Assembly (NCBI GenBank): GCA_037446215.1 | Contig: JBBIJB010000047.1 | Span: forward strand, 7,181-18,674 | Source of the DNA: Armatimonadota bacterium | GTDB taxonomy: Bacteria; Sysuimicrobiota; Sysuimicrobiia; Sysuimicrobiales; Humicultoraceae | Length of the DNA stretch: 11,494 bases | Direction: 5' to 3' | Part shown: piece after piece, positions 1-8,113 of the stretch | Numbering within the stretch: position 1 is the first letter of the stretch | Layout: the number at the start of each line of letters is the position of its first letter | Translations under genes and position numbers: made by a program | The notes under the pieces: model-generated | Told to the model about the DNA's origin: nothing | What the model saw: the letters and a program-made list of their open reading frames with translations, nothing else | Database searches by the model: none

Positions 1-792
1 GTCGAGCTCTGCCCCTATGAGGTGAGCCTCGACGACCACGCGGTCTCCCCCAAAGGTCGGTCTCACCCCCAGGTTGACCGCGGCCGGATAGTCGGTCCCG
101 CCGACGGAGGCGTAGGCCGCATACACGCCGTGGCCCGGCAGTACCTTCTCCGGGTGGTGACTCAGGTTGGCGGTCGGGAATCCCAACCGTCTGCCCATCC
201 CGCTCCCCGCGACTACCACTCCGCGGAGTCCATACCACCGGGCGAGCCACTGCGCCGCCGTCCTGACGTCGCCCGCCCGGAGCCGCTCCCGTATGGCGGT
301 GCTGCTTATCGTAGTGCCCCCGTTGCTGACCGGAGGGACCACGACGATCCCTACGCCTCTCCTCCGTCCCCACTCGATCAGCATCTCTGCCCCGCCCCTT
401 CGGTCTCTCCCGAATGTATGCGAGGAGGAGATAACAAGGTGGCTGGGGTACAGGTGCTCCTCCACCAGCCCCAGCCAGGTTTCGGCCCGCATCTCGCGCA
501 TCGTCTCGTCGAAGCGCAAAACCAGCAGGCTGTCCACGCCGCTTGCGGCGAACAGCTCGATCCTCTCGTCGATCGTGCTGAGCAGATGCGCCCTCCCGGT
601 GGGCGCCACCACCGACACCGGGTGAGGGTCAAAGGTAACCGCCACCGCTTCGCCGCCTTCAGCCGCGGCGACTCCCGCGAGCGCGGCTACCACCGCGCGA
701 TGTCCCCTGTGCATGCCGTCGAATGTTCCAACAGCGAGGCAGACGCGCTTCCCCCCTGGGGCGTATCCGTCAAGCCCTGCGAAGACCTTCAT
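1..792 (-). CDS. ribF: Bifunctional riboflavin kinase / FAD synthetase (partial, 3' end beyond window)
   Basis: Not in the ORF track because it has no stop in the window. Manual translation from ATG 792 gives MKVFAGLDGYAPGGKRVCLAVGTFDGMHRGH...TFDPHP...ISSTAIR...GRRLGFPTAN...GVY...NLGVRPTF...EAHL, covering the FMN-adenylyltransferase and kinase motifs. The start overlaps the truB stop (ATGA, 789-792). Confidence 0.97.
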   Translation of the reverse strand, partial: MKVFAGLDGYAPGGKRVCLAVGTFDGMHRGHRAVVAALAGVAAAEGGEAVAVTFDPHPVSVVAPTGRAHLLSTIDERIELFAASGVDSLLVLRFDETMREMRAETWLGLVEEHLYPSHLVISSSHTFGRDRRGGAEMLIEWGRRRGVGIVVVPPVSNGGTTISSTAIRERLRAGDVRTAAQWLARWYGLRGVVVAGSGMGRRLGFPTANLSHHPEKVLPGHGVYAAYASVGGTDYPAAVNLGVRPTFGGDRVVVEAHLIGAELD

Positions 793-1730
793 GTGCCGTC
801 GCCCCTGAGTACTCGGATCGGCTGGAGGCGTCCCTGCTCCACGCGGCCGATCGCCAGCACACCCCAGCGATCCCGCAGCCTCACCTCGGTGCCGATGGAC
901 ATCTGCTGCCAACCGGGGATCTGGAAGAGCGGAATGGCTCCCCCATCCAACACCTGGCGCCGCTGGGAAGGCGTCAACTCCACGGCCGGCATGTCGGCCA
1001 GCGCTTCATCAACGCTCACCATTGCGCTGTCGAGGCGGCCCGCCGATGCAACGGCCGCGATCTCCTCCAGGGTCAGGCTTCTCTCCAGTGGGAGGCCTCC
1101 AACATGCGTGCGGAGCACGAACGACGCGTGGGCGCCGACCCCGAGGCGCACGCCCAGGTCCCTTGCCAGCGCACGTATGTAGGTCCCCTTTGTGCACTCC
1201 ACGTTCACGAGCGCCCTCGGCTTGATCCCCGGCGTGAACTCGATCAGGCGGAACTCCGAGATCTCGACCCGCCGCGCGGGGACCTCGATCGACTCCCCCC
1301 TTCGCGCCCGCTCGTAGAGCCGGCGGCCGCCCACCTTGACCGCAGAGACCATTGGGGGAACCTGCTGGATCTCGCCTGTGAACTCCGCCAGGGCCGCCTC
1401 CACCTCCTCGCGGCGCAGGCCTGTCGCCTCTACCTGGGAGAGCACCTCCCCGTAGGCGTCCCCCGAGTCCGTATCCACGCCGAATGTGAACTCCGCTCGG
1501 TATCCCTTCTCCTGGCCTGTGAGGAACTCGGCTATCCGTGTCGCACGCCCGACGCAGAGTACCAGGACTCCGCACGCGCCCGGGTCCAGCGTGCCGGTGT
1601 GGCCTATCCTTCGCACGCCCGTGAGCCTGCGCAAGACGTCCACCACGTCATGTGAGGTCATTCCCGGGGGTTTCAGAAGGTTGAGCACCCCTGAGGGGGT
1701 GCGTCCCGGATCGGCGGTTGCCTCAGTCAT
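789..1730 (-). CDS. truB: tRNA pseudouridine(55) synthase TruB
   Basis: Motifs KPPGMTSHDVV, GHTGTLDP (catalytic Asp), QVPPMVSAVKVGGRRLYE and KGTYIRAL, plus a C-terminal PUA-like segment. Start moved from 1856 to ATG 1730, which follows GGAGG-AACCG and overlaps the DHH gene stop by 8 nt. Confidence 0.97.
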   Translation of the reverse strand: MTEATADPGRTPSGVLNLLKPPGMTSHDVVDVLRRLTGVRRIGHTGTLDPGACGVLVLCVGRATRIAEFLTGQEKGYRAEFTFGVDTDSGDAYGEVLSQVEATGLRREEVEAALAEFTGEIQQVPPMVSAVKVGGRRLYERARRGESIEVPARRVEISEFRLIEFTPGIKPRALVNVECTKGTYIRALARDLGVRLGVGAHASFVLRTHVGGLPLERSLTLEEIAAVASAGRLDSAMVSVDEALADMPAVELTPSQRRQVLDGGAIPLFQIPGWQQMSIGTEVRLRDRWGVLAIGRVEQGRLQPIRVLRGDGT

Positions 1731-2709
1731 CGGTTCCTCCCAGATCCCGGACAGCGGCGATCTCCCTGGACGCGGCATCGAGGGCGGCCTGCACCGCCTC
1801 CTCCAGCCGGCCGGAGGTTTCGGCCCCTGCTGCCCCGGGGTGTCCGCCTCCCCCAAAGACGGCAGCCACAGTGTCGGCGCGGGCTCCGTCGCGCGCCCGC
1901 ACGGAGATCCTCACCTCCGGGCCGGTAGCGTCGAAGGCGATCGCCAGCCTGACGCCCCTTACCGTGCGCAGGGCCGCCGCGATGCCCGCTGCCTCGCCGG
2001 GCTCTGCGCCGGCATCCGCGGCCATTTTGGGGGTGACCACGGCAGTGGCCACGCGGCCGCCTTCGTGCAGCCTCAGGCCGGCCAGTGCCGCGCCGAGTAG
2101 CCGAAGGGAGGAGACGGAGACCTCCTCGTAGATCGACCTGACGATCTCCGCGATACTGGCGCCGTACTCCACCATCTCCGCTGCGAGCCTCAGGGTCCGG
2201 GGGCTGGTGTTCTGGAACCTGAACACGCCCGTGTCGGTGAGGAGCGCCGTCAGCAGCGAGATCGCAATCGGCCGGTCGAATGGAACACCGATGAGACGGA
2301 TGAGGTCCGCTACCTGCTCACCGGCCGCGGCAGCCGTCGGGTCCCAGTCTGTCAAGCTGGCGTAGGGGGCGTGTTCCGCGTGGTGGTCGATGGCCACCAC
2401 CGTCCGCGCCCGCACCACGGCCGCCGCCAGCGGCCCGGCCCTCTCTACAGTGCTGCACTCGATCGTTACGACCAGCGGCGGAGCGGGGTCAGGGACTGCC
2501 CGCAGCACCTCAGCCGCCCCGGGTAGGAAGGCAAGCGCATCCGGCACGCCGTCGGCGCAGGCGACAGCCGGGCTGCCACCAACCTTCCGGAGGGCATGCG
2601 CAAGGGCGAGGCTGGATCCAAGAGCGTCGCCGTCCGGCTCTTCGTGGCAGACGATCAGAGGCGAGGGGTCACTCCTGAGGGTCTTCGCTATCGCCGCCCG
2701 GGGTACCAC
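1723..2709 (-). CDS. nrnA: DHH/DHHA1 phosphoesterase (NrnA-like nanoRNase / pAp phosphatase)
   Basis: Motifs HEEPDGDALGS, IDHH, TDTGVF, RISVRA and GGGGHPGAAG; typical position between rbfA and truB. Start placed at GTG 2709 after AGGAG-AGCC, overlapping rbfA by 41 nt. Confidence 0.9.
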   Translation of the reverse strand: MVPRAAIAKTLRSDPSPLIVCHEEPDGDALGSSLALAHALRKVGGSPAVACADGVPDALAFLPGAAEVLRAVPDPAPPLVVTIECSTVERAGPLAAAVVRARTVVAIDHHAEHAPYASLTDWDPTAAAAGEQVADLIRLIGVPFDRPIAISLLTALLTDTGVFRFQNTSPRTLRLAAEMVEYGASIAEIVRSIYEEVSVSSLRLLGAALAGLRLHEGGRVATAVVTPKMAADAGAEPGEAAGIAAALRTVRGVRLAIAFDATGPEVRISVRARDGARADTVAAVFGGGGHPGAAGAETSGRLEEAVQAALDAASREIAAVRDLGGTDD

Positions 2710-3058
2710 GGCTCTCCTCTCGGCTGACCTGCCGGAGCAGGGATGACACACGAGCTCCGCGCTCTATCGACTCGTCGAGGCGGAAGAGGATCTCGGGCAT
2801 GAAGCGCACCTCTATCCGCCGGCTCAGCTCTGAACGGATGTGGCCCTTGGCCTGTTCCAGTCCCTGCATGGCGCGCCGCTTGGCCTCGTCGTCGCCGAAG
2901 ACGCTCACGAAGATCTTGGCATGACGCAGATCCGCGCTCACCATCACATCTGTGACCGAGATGAACCCGATTCGCGGATCGCGCAGGTCCCGCTGGATTA
3001 TCGCGCTGGTTTCCGACCGGATGACCTCGGCCAGCCTCTCGGCCCTGGAAAAGCCCAT
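2669..3058 (-). CDS. rbfA: 30S ribosome-binding factor A
   Basis: RAERLAEVIR...DLRDPRIGFISVTDV..SADLRHAKIFVS...GHIRSEL....RFMPEILFRLDESIE is the RbfA signature; conserved position downstream of infB. Confidence 0.97.
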   Translation of the reverse strand: MGFSRAERLAEVIRSETSAIIQRDLRDPRIGFISVTDVMVSADLRHAKIFVSVFGDDEAKRRAMQGLEQAKGHIRSELSRRIEVRFMPEILFRLDESIERGARVSSLLRQVSREESRGTPGGDSEDPQE

Positions 3059-3066
3059 GGCACCTT

Positions 3067-3348
3067 CTACCTTATCTCAGTGTGGAACTCCATCATTACC
3101 AACTCGGCCTGCCGCGCGATGAACTGCTCGACCTGAGACAGCACCGAGTGGGCGTGGGACGTGGAGGTCGTGATGACCGCGACCCCTACGGCGGCCCTCC
3201 TCCAGGTGTCCTGGTGGTCTATCTCAGCGGCGCTGACGTGAAACCGGCTCTGCAGGCGCTCGATCAGGCCCTTCACGTGGCGGCGCTTGTCCTTGAGCCC
3301 CCTCGCGCCGGGAAGGCTCAGTTCGGCACGGGCCACTCCGACGATGAT
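3067..3348 (-). CDS. ylxP: DUF503 / YlxP family protein
   Basis: LKDKRRHVKGLIERLQSRFHVSAAEIDHQDTWRRAAVGVA matches DUF503, located between infB and rbfA. The ORF track start (GTG 3336) has no SD. SD GGAGGTG (3362-3356) lies 7 nt before ATC 3348, giving a 93-aa protein starting M-I-V-G-V-A. The start is uncertain. Confidence 0.88.
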   Translation of the reverse strand: MIVGVARAELSLPGARGLKDKRRHVKGLIERLQSRFHVSAAEIDHQDTWRRAAVGVAVITTSTSHAHSVLSQVEQFIARQAELVMMEFHTEIR

Positions 3349-3378
3349 CGCCCGGCACCTCCACCCCGCGGGGCAGGG

Positions 3379-6003
3379 CTAGGATTGCGCGGCTACCTGC
3401 TTGATCTCGTAGGCCTCGATCAGGTCTCTCTCCTTGATGTCGCTGAAGCGCTCGAGCCCGATGCCGCACTCGAACCCCTCGACGACCTCTCTGACGTCCT
3501 CTTTGAAACGCCTCAGAGAGCCGATCCGGCCCTCGTAGACCACGGCGCCGTCCCTGATCAGCCTGGCCAGGGCACCCCTGGTGATCTTCCCATCCGTTAC
3601 GTACGAACCGGCAATCGTGCCGATCCTTGAGATCGAGAAGACCTGACGGACCTCCGCCTGGCCGAGCGCCACTTCCTGGGTAGTAGGCGCAACCATGCCG
3701 CGGCGCAGCGACTCGAGATCATCGATCGCCTCGTATATGACCCGGTAGAGACGAACATCAACGTGCTCCGACTCGGCGAGCTTGCGAACGCTGCCGTCGG
3801 GTCGAACGTTGAAGCCGACCACCAACGCCTTGCTCGCGGAGGCGAGCATGATATCCGACTCGATCACATTCCCCACACCCGAGTGGACAACCGTCACGGC
3901 GACCTCCGGACGTGAGAGCCTCGGCAGAGCGGCCACGAGTGCCTCGACCGACCCGTGCGTGTCGGCCTTGACTATCAGCCTGAGTTCCCGCGGGCCGCGT
4001 CCCGCCTCCTCTGCGGGCCCGGCCGCTCGCGCCGCCGCCTGCGCGGCGCTGCGTCGCGTCGAGCCCCGCTCTTCGGCAATGGCACGCGCAGCGCGCTCGT
4101 CCCTGGCCGCCTCCAGGAGATCGCCCGAGCCCGGGACGTCTGCCAAGCCCAGGACCTCCACCGGCATGGATGGCGTGGCCGCGTCCACGCGTTCGCCGGA
4201 TGCGTCCATCATGGCACGGACGCGGCCATGGGTCTCGCCCGCCACAACGGCGTCTCCTATCTTGAGGGTGCCCTCCTGTATCACCACGGTGGCCACCGGG
4301 CCCCGCCCGCGGTCCAACCTGGCCTCGATGATCGTTCCCCTCGCCGGCCTGTCTGTGTCCGCGCGGAGATCCTGGAGGTCGGCGACCAGCAGTATCATCT
4401 CCAGCAGGTGGTCGATGCCGGAACGCTGCCTGGCCGAGACCGGCACGACGATCGTCTCCCCTCCCCACTCCTCGGGCACGAGACCTCGCTCGGCTAGTTC
4501 CTGCTTCACACGGTCGGGATTGGCCTGGGGAAGATCCATCTTGTTGACCGCGACGATTACCGGCACGCCGGCGGCCTTGGCGTGGTTCAGCGCCTCCACC
4601 GTCTGCGGCATGACGCCGTCGTCGGCCGCGACCACCAGGATGGCGATGTCGGTCACCTGAGCCCCGCGGGCCCTCAATGCCGTAAACGCCTCGTGGCCGG
4701 GCGTATCGATGAACACGATCCTGCGGCCGCCCGCCTCCACCACCGAGGCTCCGATGTGCTGTGTTATGCCCCCAAACTCCTGGTCCGCTACCTTCGTGCT
4801 CCTTATGGCGTCCAGGAGCGTCGTCTTTCCGTGATCGACATGTCCCATCACGGTCACGACGGGCGGCCTGGATGCCGCACCCTCCCCTACGTCCACCGAG
4901 AGCCGCTCGAACCTGACTACGCCTTCGGCCCTGGCGCTGCTCGGGCGCGCCATGCGCACCTCCGTACCGAAACCCTCCGCTATGGTAGCTGCCAGATCGA
5001 CCGGCACCTGTTGGTTTATCCCCGCCAGGACGCCGTGGTCGAGAAGTCGCCGGACTACCTCGCCGGTCGGAACATGCAGGCGGGTCGCGAGTTCTCCCAC
5101 GCTGAGCGGCGTGCTGAGCTCGATCTCCTCCGCCACCTGCGGCGGCGCCTCGACGATCCCTGGCTCCACACGCCGCGCAGAGACCGCCCTGCGTCTCGGC
5201 AGGCGTCGCATCGGCCTGCGGGGGTGGATCTGGGGAGCAGGCCGGAAAGGCGGTCGCGCCCCCTCGGTCGGAGCCCTTCTCCGGTCGGCCGCGGGAGGAG
5301 TCCTGGAGGGTGGCGGAGCCGTCGGCTGCGGAGCCGTCGGCTTGCCAGGGGCCTCTCGGGGCGCTTCCCGCGGGGGCTCGCGGCGGGGAGGTCGCACAGG
5401 CGCGATTCGGACAGCTCCCGGGGCTCCTTCCAGGACCGGCCGGGCAGCGGCCGCGGGAGGCGCAGCCTCCTGTCCTTCTGCCGCTGGAGCCGCTGTTGGC
5501 GGGGCTTCCGCCAGGGGCGCAGCCGGCGCCGCCGCGGCAGCCGCTGGGGTCTCGAGATGAGCATCGGCCTCGGGCGCGTCCGGTGCCGCGGCACCGGCCT
5601 CCGCCGTCCCAGCTTCGGGGGTCGATAGGACCGCCTCTGCGGCAGGCAGCTCAGGGGTGAGCGCGGGCGGGACCTCAACCTGCGGCGGCGCGGGCTCCTC
5701 CGGCGCAGGCTCGGGTGCCGGGGGTAGGACGATCTTGCGCATCCCAATGATCCGCTCACCCGTCGGTGTCTTGGCCTCGGGCTTGGCTGGGGCCGTGGGC
5801 GGCGCAGGGGTGGGGGCAGGCGGTCCGGCCGCCTTCTTGCCCTTGCCGGGGCGGGTGGCCGCCACGTGCTTCCTGACGCGGTCCTCCGCTCCCAAAGGCA
5901 GGCTGCTGCTGTGGCTCTTGACGGAGATCTTCAGCGTGCCCAGAACCTCCATCAGTTCCTTGGTTGTTAGCCCGAGTTCCCTTGCCAGCTCGTAAACCCG
6001 CAT
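3379..6003 (-). CDS. infB: Translation initiation factor IF-2
   Basis: N-terminal [13 protein letters not shown]2_N motif, Pro/Ala-rich linker, second IF2_N-like block (LSVGELA), G motifs GHVDHGKTT / DTPGH / NKMD, C-terminal [27 protein letters not shown] 7 nt upstream. Confidence 0.99.
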   Translation of the reverse strand: MRVYELARELGLTTKELMEVLGTLKISVKSHSSSLPLGAEDRVRKHVAATRPGKGKKAAGPPAPTPAPPTAPAKPEAKTPTGERIIGMRKIVLPPAPEPAPEEPAPPQVEVPPALTPELPAAEAVLSTPEAGTAEAGAAAPDAPEADAHLETPAAAAAAPAAPLAEAPPTAAPAAEGQEAAPPAAAARPVLEGAPGAVRIAPVRPPRREPPREAPREAPGKPTAPQPTAPPPSRTPPAADRRRAPTEGARPPFRPAPQIHPRRPMRRLPRRRAVSARRVEPGIVEAPPQVAEEIELSTPLSVGELATRLHVPTGEVVRRLLDHGVLAGINQQVPVDLAATIAEGFGTEVRMARPSSARAEGVVRFERLSVDVGEGAASRPPVVTVMGHVDHGKTTLLDAIRSTKVADQEFGGITQHIGASVVEAGGRRIVFIDTPGHEAFTALRARGAQVTDIAILVVAADDGVMPQTVEALNHAKAAGVPVIVAVNKMDLPQANPDRVKQELAERGLVPEEWGGETIVVPVSARQRSGIDHLLEMILLVADLQDLRADTDRPARGTIIEARLDRGRGPVATVVIQEGTLKIGDAVVAGETHGRVRAMMDASGERVDAATPSMPVEVLGLADVPGSGDLLEAARDERAARAIAEERGSTRRSAAQAAARAAGPAEEAGRGPRELRLIVKADTHGSVEALVAALPRLSRPEVAVTVVHSGVGNVIESDIMLASASKALVVGFNVRPDGSVRKLAESEHVDVRLYRVIYEAIDDLESLRRGMVAPTTQEVALGQAEVRQVFSISRIGTIAGSYVTDGKITRGALARLIRDGAVVYEGRIGSLRRFKEDVREVVEGFECGIGLERFSDIKERDLIEAYEIKQVAAQS
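5313..5342. repeat. Perfect 15-nt tandem duplication (GCGGAGCCGTCGGCT x2) in the IF2 low-complexity linker
   Basis: Read directly at 5313-5327 and 5328-5342; encodes PTAPQ-PTAP in infB. Confidence 0.85.
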
Positions 6004-6015
6004 CCAGCGGCCTCC

Positions 6016-6306
6016 TTAGTTCGTGCCCGGCCTTGCAGCGCCTCCGCCGGCGGCTACCCGGAGCTCCTCCAGGACAGCGGCCGGGATCGGTACCCCAAGC
6101 GCGTGCTGCAGCCGGCCTTCCTCAACGGCCGCCCGGACACACGCGGCGTCCGGACAGACATACGCCCCTCGCCCCGAGACCTTTCCCGTGCCGTCCACCC
6201 GGATCTCCCCACCGGCCGCCCTGACAACGCGGACCAGCTCGCGCTTCGGCCGTCCGTGGCGGCAGGCCACGCACTGGCGCATCGGGACGTGCTTCGCCTT
6301 CGCCAT
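6016..6306 (-). CDS. ylxR: YlxR / DUF448 family RNA-binding protein (RNase P modulator RnpM-like)
   Basis: PMRQCVAC...KRELVRVVR...GRGAYVC...C motif; located between nusA and infB. Its TAA stop overlaps the infB SD. Confidence 0.93.
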   Translation of the reverse strand: MAKAKHVPMRQCVACRHGRPKRELVRVVRAAGGEIRVDGTGKVSGRGAYVCPDAACVRAAVEEGRLQHALGVPIPAAVLEELRVAAGGGAARPGTN

Positions 6307-6319
6307 CTCCCCTGAGCCC

Positions 6320-7453
6320 CTAAGCGGGCGGCTCCTCGGTCGCCGCCACCCCCGCCGCGACCTCGGCCTGCTCTGCCTCCTCGGGGATGTCCGCGAAGAT
6401 CTTCTTGGCCTCTATCTCCCTTATCTGCGACTCGCTCTTGATGTCGATCCTCCAGCCTGTCAGCTTGGCCGCCAGGCGGGCGTTCTGCCCCTCTCGCCCG
6501 ATCGCGAGCGAAAGCTGGTGATCGGGAACCACAACGAGGGCCTTCTTGGCACCCTCGTCCAACTCGACCCTGACCACCTTTGCCGGGCTGAGCGCGGCGG
6601 CGGCGAACTGGGCCATGTCCGGGCTCCACGCCACTATGTCGATCTTCTCGCCCCGCATCTCGTCGACGATCGCCTGGACGCGAGAGCCCTTGGGGCCAAC
6701 ACAGGCACCGACCGGGTCGACATTGCGATCACGAGACGCCACGGCGACCTTGCTCCGGGTCCCCGCCTCGCGGGCTATCGCCTTCATCTCGACGATGCCC
6801 TCGTATACCTCCGGGACCTCGATCTCGAACAACCGCTTGAGCAGGCCTGGATGCGTCCGCGAGACTACGATCTGCGGGCCGCGTGATCCCTGGCGGACCT
6901 CAACCACATAGGCCTTCACCCGCTCGCCCTGCCGGTATCCCTCGCGAGGGATCTGCTCGGTCGGGGGAAGAACGGCCTCTATCCGCCCCAGATCGAGGTG
7001 AACATTCTTCCTCTCGATGCGTTGCACGGCGCCGGTTACGATGTCTCCCTCTCGATCGCGGAACTCCTTGTACACCATCTCCCGCTCGGCCTCGCGGAGG
7101 CGCTGGACCACCACCTGCTTCGCGGTCTGCGCGGCGATGCGGCCGAAGTCCTTCGGCGTGACCTCGATCTCCACCATCTCCCCCACCTGCGCGGTGGGAT
7201 CCCACTCCCGCACCTGTGCGAGGGCTATCTGAACCGATGGGTCATCGACCTCCTCGACGATGGTGCGTACCTGGTAGGCACGCATCTCCCCCGTCGTTCG
7301 GTCCATCTCCATACGCATGTTCTGCGCGGTGACGCCGAAGTTCTTCCGGTAGGCCGACAACAGCGCGGCCTCGATCGCCTCGATGATGACTTCCCTGCCT
7401 ATGCCTTTCTCCTCTTCGATCTGCTCCAGCGCGCGCAGCAGCTCGACGTTCAT
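6320..7453 (-). CDS. nusA: Transcription termination/antitermination factor NusA (short form without AR1/AR2 repeats)
   Basis: [13 protein letters not shown]1 domain, [55 protein letters not shown]. Confidence 0.99.
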   Translation of the reverse strand: MNVELLRALEQIEEEKGIGREVIIEAIEAALLSAYRKNFGVTAQNMRMEMDRTTGEMRAYQVRTIVEEVDDPSVQIALAQVREWDPTAQVGEMVEIEVTPKDFGRIAAQTAKQVVVQRLREAEREMVYKEFRDREGDIVTGAVQRIERKNVHLDLGRIEAVLPPTEQIPREGYRQGERVKAYVVEVRQGSRGPQIVVSRTHPGLLKRLFEIEVPEVYEGIVEMKAIAREAGTRSKVAVASRDRNVDPVGACVGPKGSRVQAIVDEMRGEKIDIVAWSPDMAQFAAAALSPAKVVRVELDEGAKKALVVVPDHQLSLAIGREGQNARLAAKLTGWRIDIKSESQIREIEAKKIFADIPEEAEQAEVAAGVAATEEPPA

Positions 7454-7971
7454 ACCTCCATGCGCCCCCTCCTGGAGAAGTCCTGACGAAGATCGCTCAT
7501 CTCTACAACCAGCCGCGCGGAGGCAACTAGCCCCAGCGGCACCCGCACGATCCGAGCGTCTATCTCCACAACTGCACAGCCGCCGTCGACGCCCACCAGC
7601 CGGCCCTTCCAGCGGCGCCGGCCATCGATCTGCTCAGTCGTCGTGATCTCCACCTTGCGTCCGGCGAAGCGGGCGTAATCTGCCTCGGTCCGCAGCGGGC
7701 GATCCAGCCCGGGCGAGGAAACCTCCAGCGTGTAAGCCGTGGGCACGGGATCGTGAAGATCGAGCGCGCGTCCTAGCTCTTCCGAGATTCGGGCGCACTG
7801 GTCCACGCTCACCCCGACCGGGCTGTCGACGCTGACCCTGACCACGGGCCTGCGAAGATCCCCCGCGATCTCCACGGCCACGAGCTCCACGCCGTGCCGG
7901 GGCGCAACCGCCTCGGCCAGCCGCTCCACACCTTCGACCCAATGTGGTCGTCTCGACTCCCTCATTCGCAT
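7450..7971 (-). CDS. rimP: Ribosome maturation factor RimP
   Basis: GVSVDQCARIS...LDLHDPVPTAYTLEVSSPGLDRPL...YARFAGRKV. The track start (8025) lies inside the leader hairpin region; the likely start is ATG 7971 (or 7965) after GAGGTAGGA. Stop overlaps the nusA start (ATGA). Confidence 0.96.
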   Translation of the reverse strand: MRMRESRRPHWVEGVERLAEAVAPRHGVELVAVEIAGDLRRPVVRVSVDSPVGVSVDQCARISEELGRALDLHDPVPTAYTLEVSSPGLDRPLRTEADYARFAGRKVEITTTEQIDGRRRWKGRLVGVDGGCAVVEIDARIVRVPLGLVASARLVVEMSDLRQDFSRRGRMEV

Positions 7972-7980
7972 TCCTACCTC

Positions 7981-8013
7981 ACAAAAAGCGAGCGGGCAAC
8001 GGCACCCACTCGC
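7981..8013 (-). terminator. rimP-leader intrinsic terminator / attenuator
   Basis: Minus-strand RNA GCGAGUGGGU-GCCGUU-GCCCGCUCGC-UUUUUGU: 10-bp stem with two G-U pairs, a GGG/CCC core and a U-tract, directly upstream of the rimP SD. Matches the known rimP leader architecture. Confidence 0.88.
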
Positions 8014-8070
8014 CAAGAACACCACCAGCCGGCAGAGGACCGGCCGCTATCTGCGACGATCTACGTAAGC

Positions 8071-8099
8071 ATGCTACCACACGGCCGTCTGCACGGCAA
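8071..8099 (-). promoter_or_regulatory. Sigma70/SigA-type promoter for the rimP-nusA-infB operon
   Basis: -35 TTGCCG (8099-8094), 17-nt spacer, extended -10 TG-G-TAGCAT (hexamer 8076-8071); predicted start about 8064, upstream of the leader terminator. Confidence 0.75.
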
Positions 8100-8113
8100 G
8101 CGCGGCTCCCGGG

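Noticed and set aside
22..1655. Long plus-strand ORFs (22-1182, 167-625, 723-1655)
   Set aside because: Antisense shadows of ribF/truB in GC-rich DNA; no recognisable motifs.
2372..2387. parS-like TGTTCCGCGTGGTGGT; also partial matches near 3237-3244 and 3272-3279
   Set aside because: Only one arm or the core matches the parS palindrome, and the first encodes the DHH motif. No credible parS found in the window by eye.
3082..7646. Many plus-strand and alternative-frame ORFs over ylxP/infB/ylxR/nusA/rimP (e.g. 3782-4660, 4582-5628, 6023-6886)
   Set aside because: They fully overlap well-supported conserved genes, and their Arg/Pro/Ala-rich composition is typical of off-frame GC-rich sequence.
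7972..8025. N-terminal extension of RimP in the ORF track (MVFLASGCRCPLAFCEVG)
   Set aside because: Spans the leader terminator; the real SD and ATGs are at 7980-7965.
8084..8097. Small inverted repeat GCCGT-N4-ACGGC in the promoter spacer as an asnS terminator or operator
   Set aside because: Only 5 bp with no U-tract; expected by chance at this GC content.
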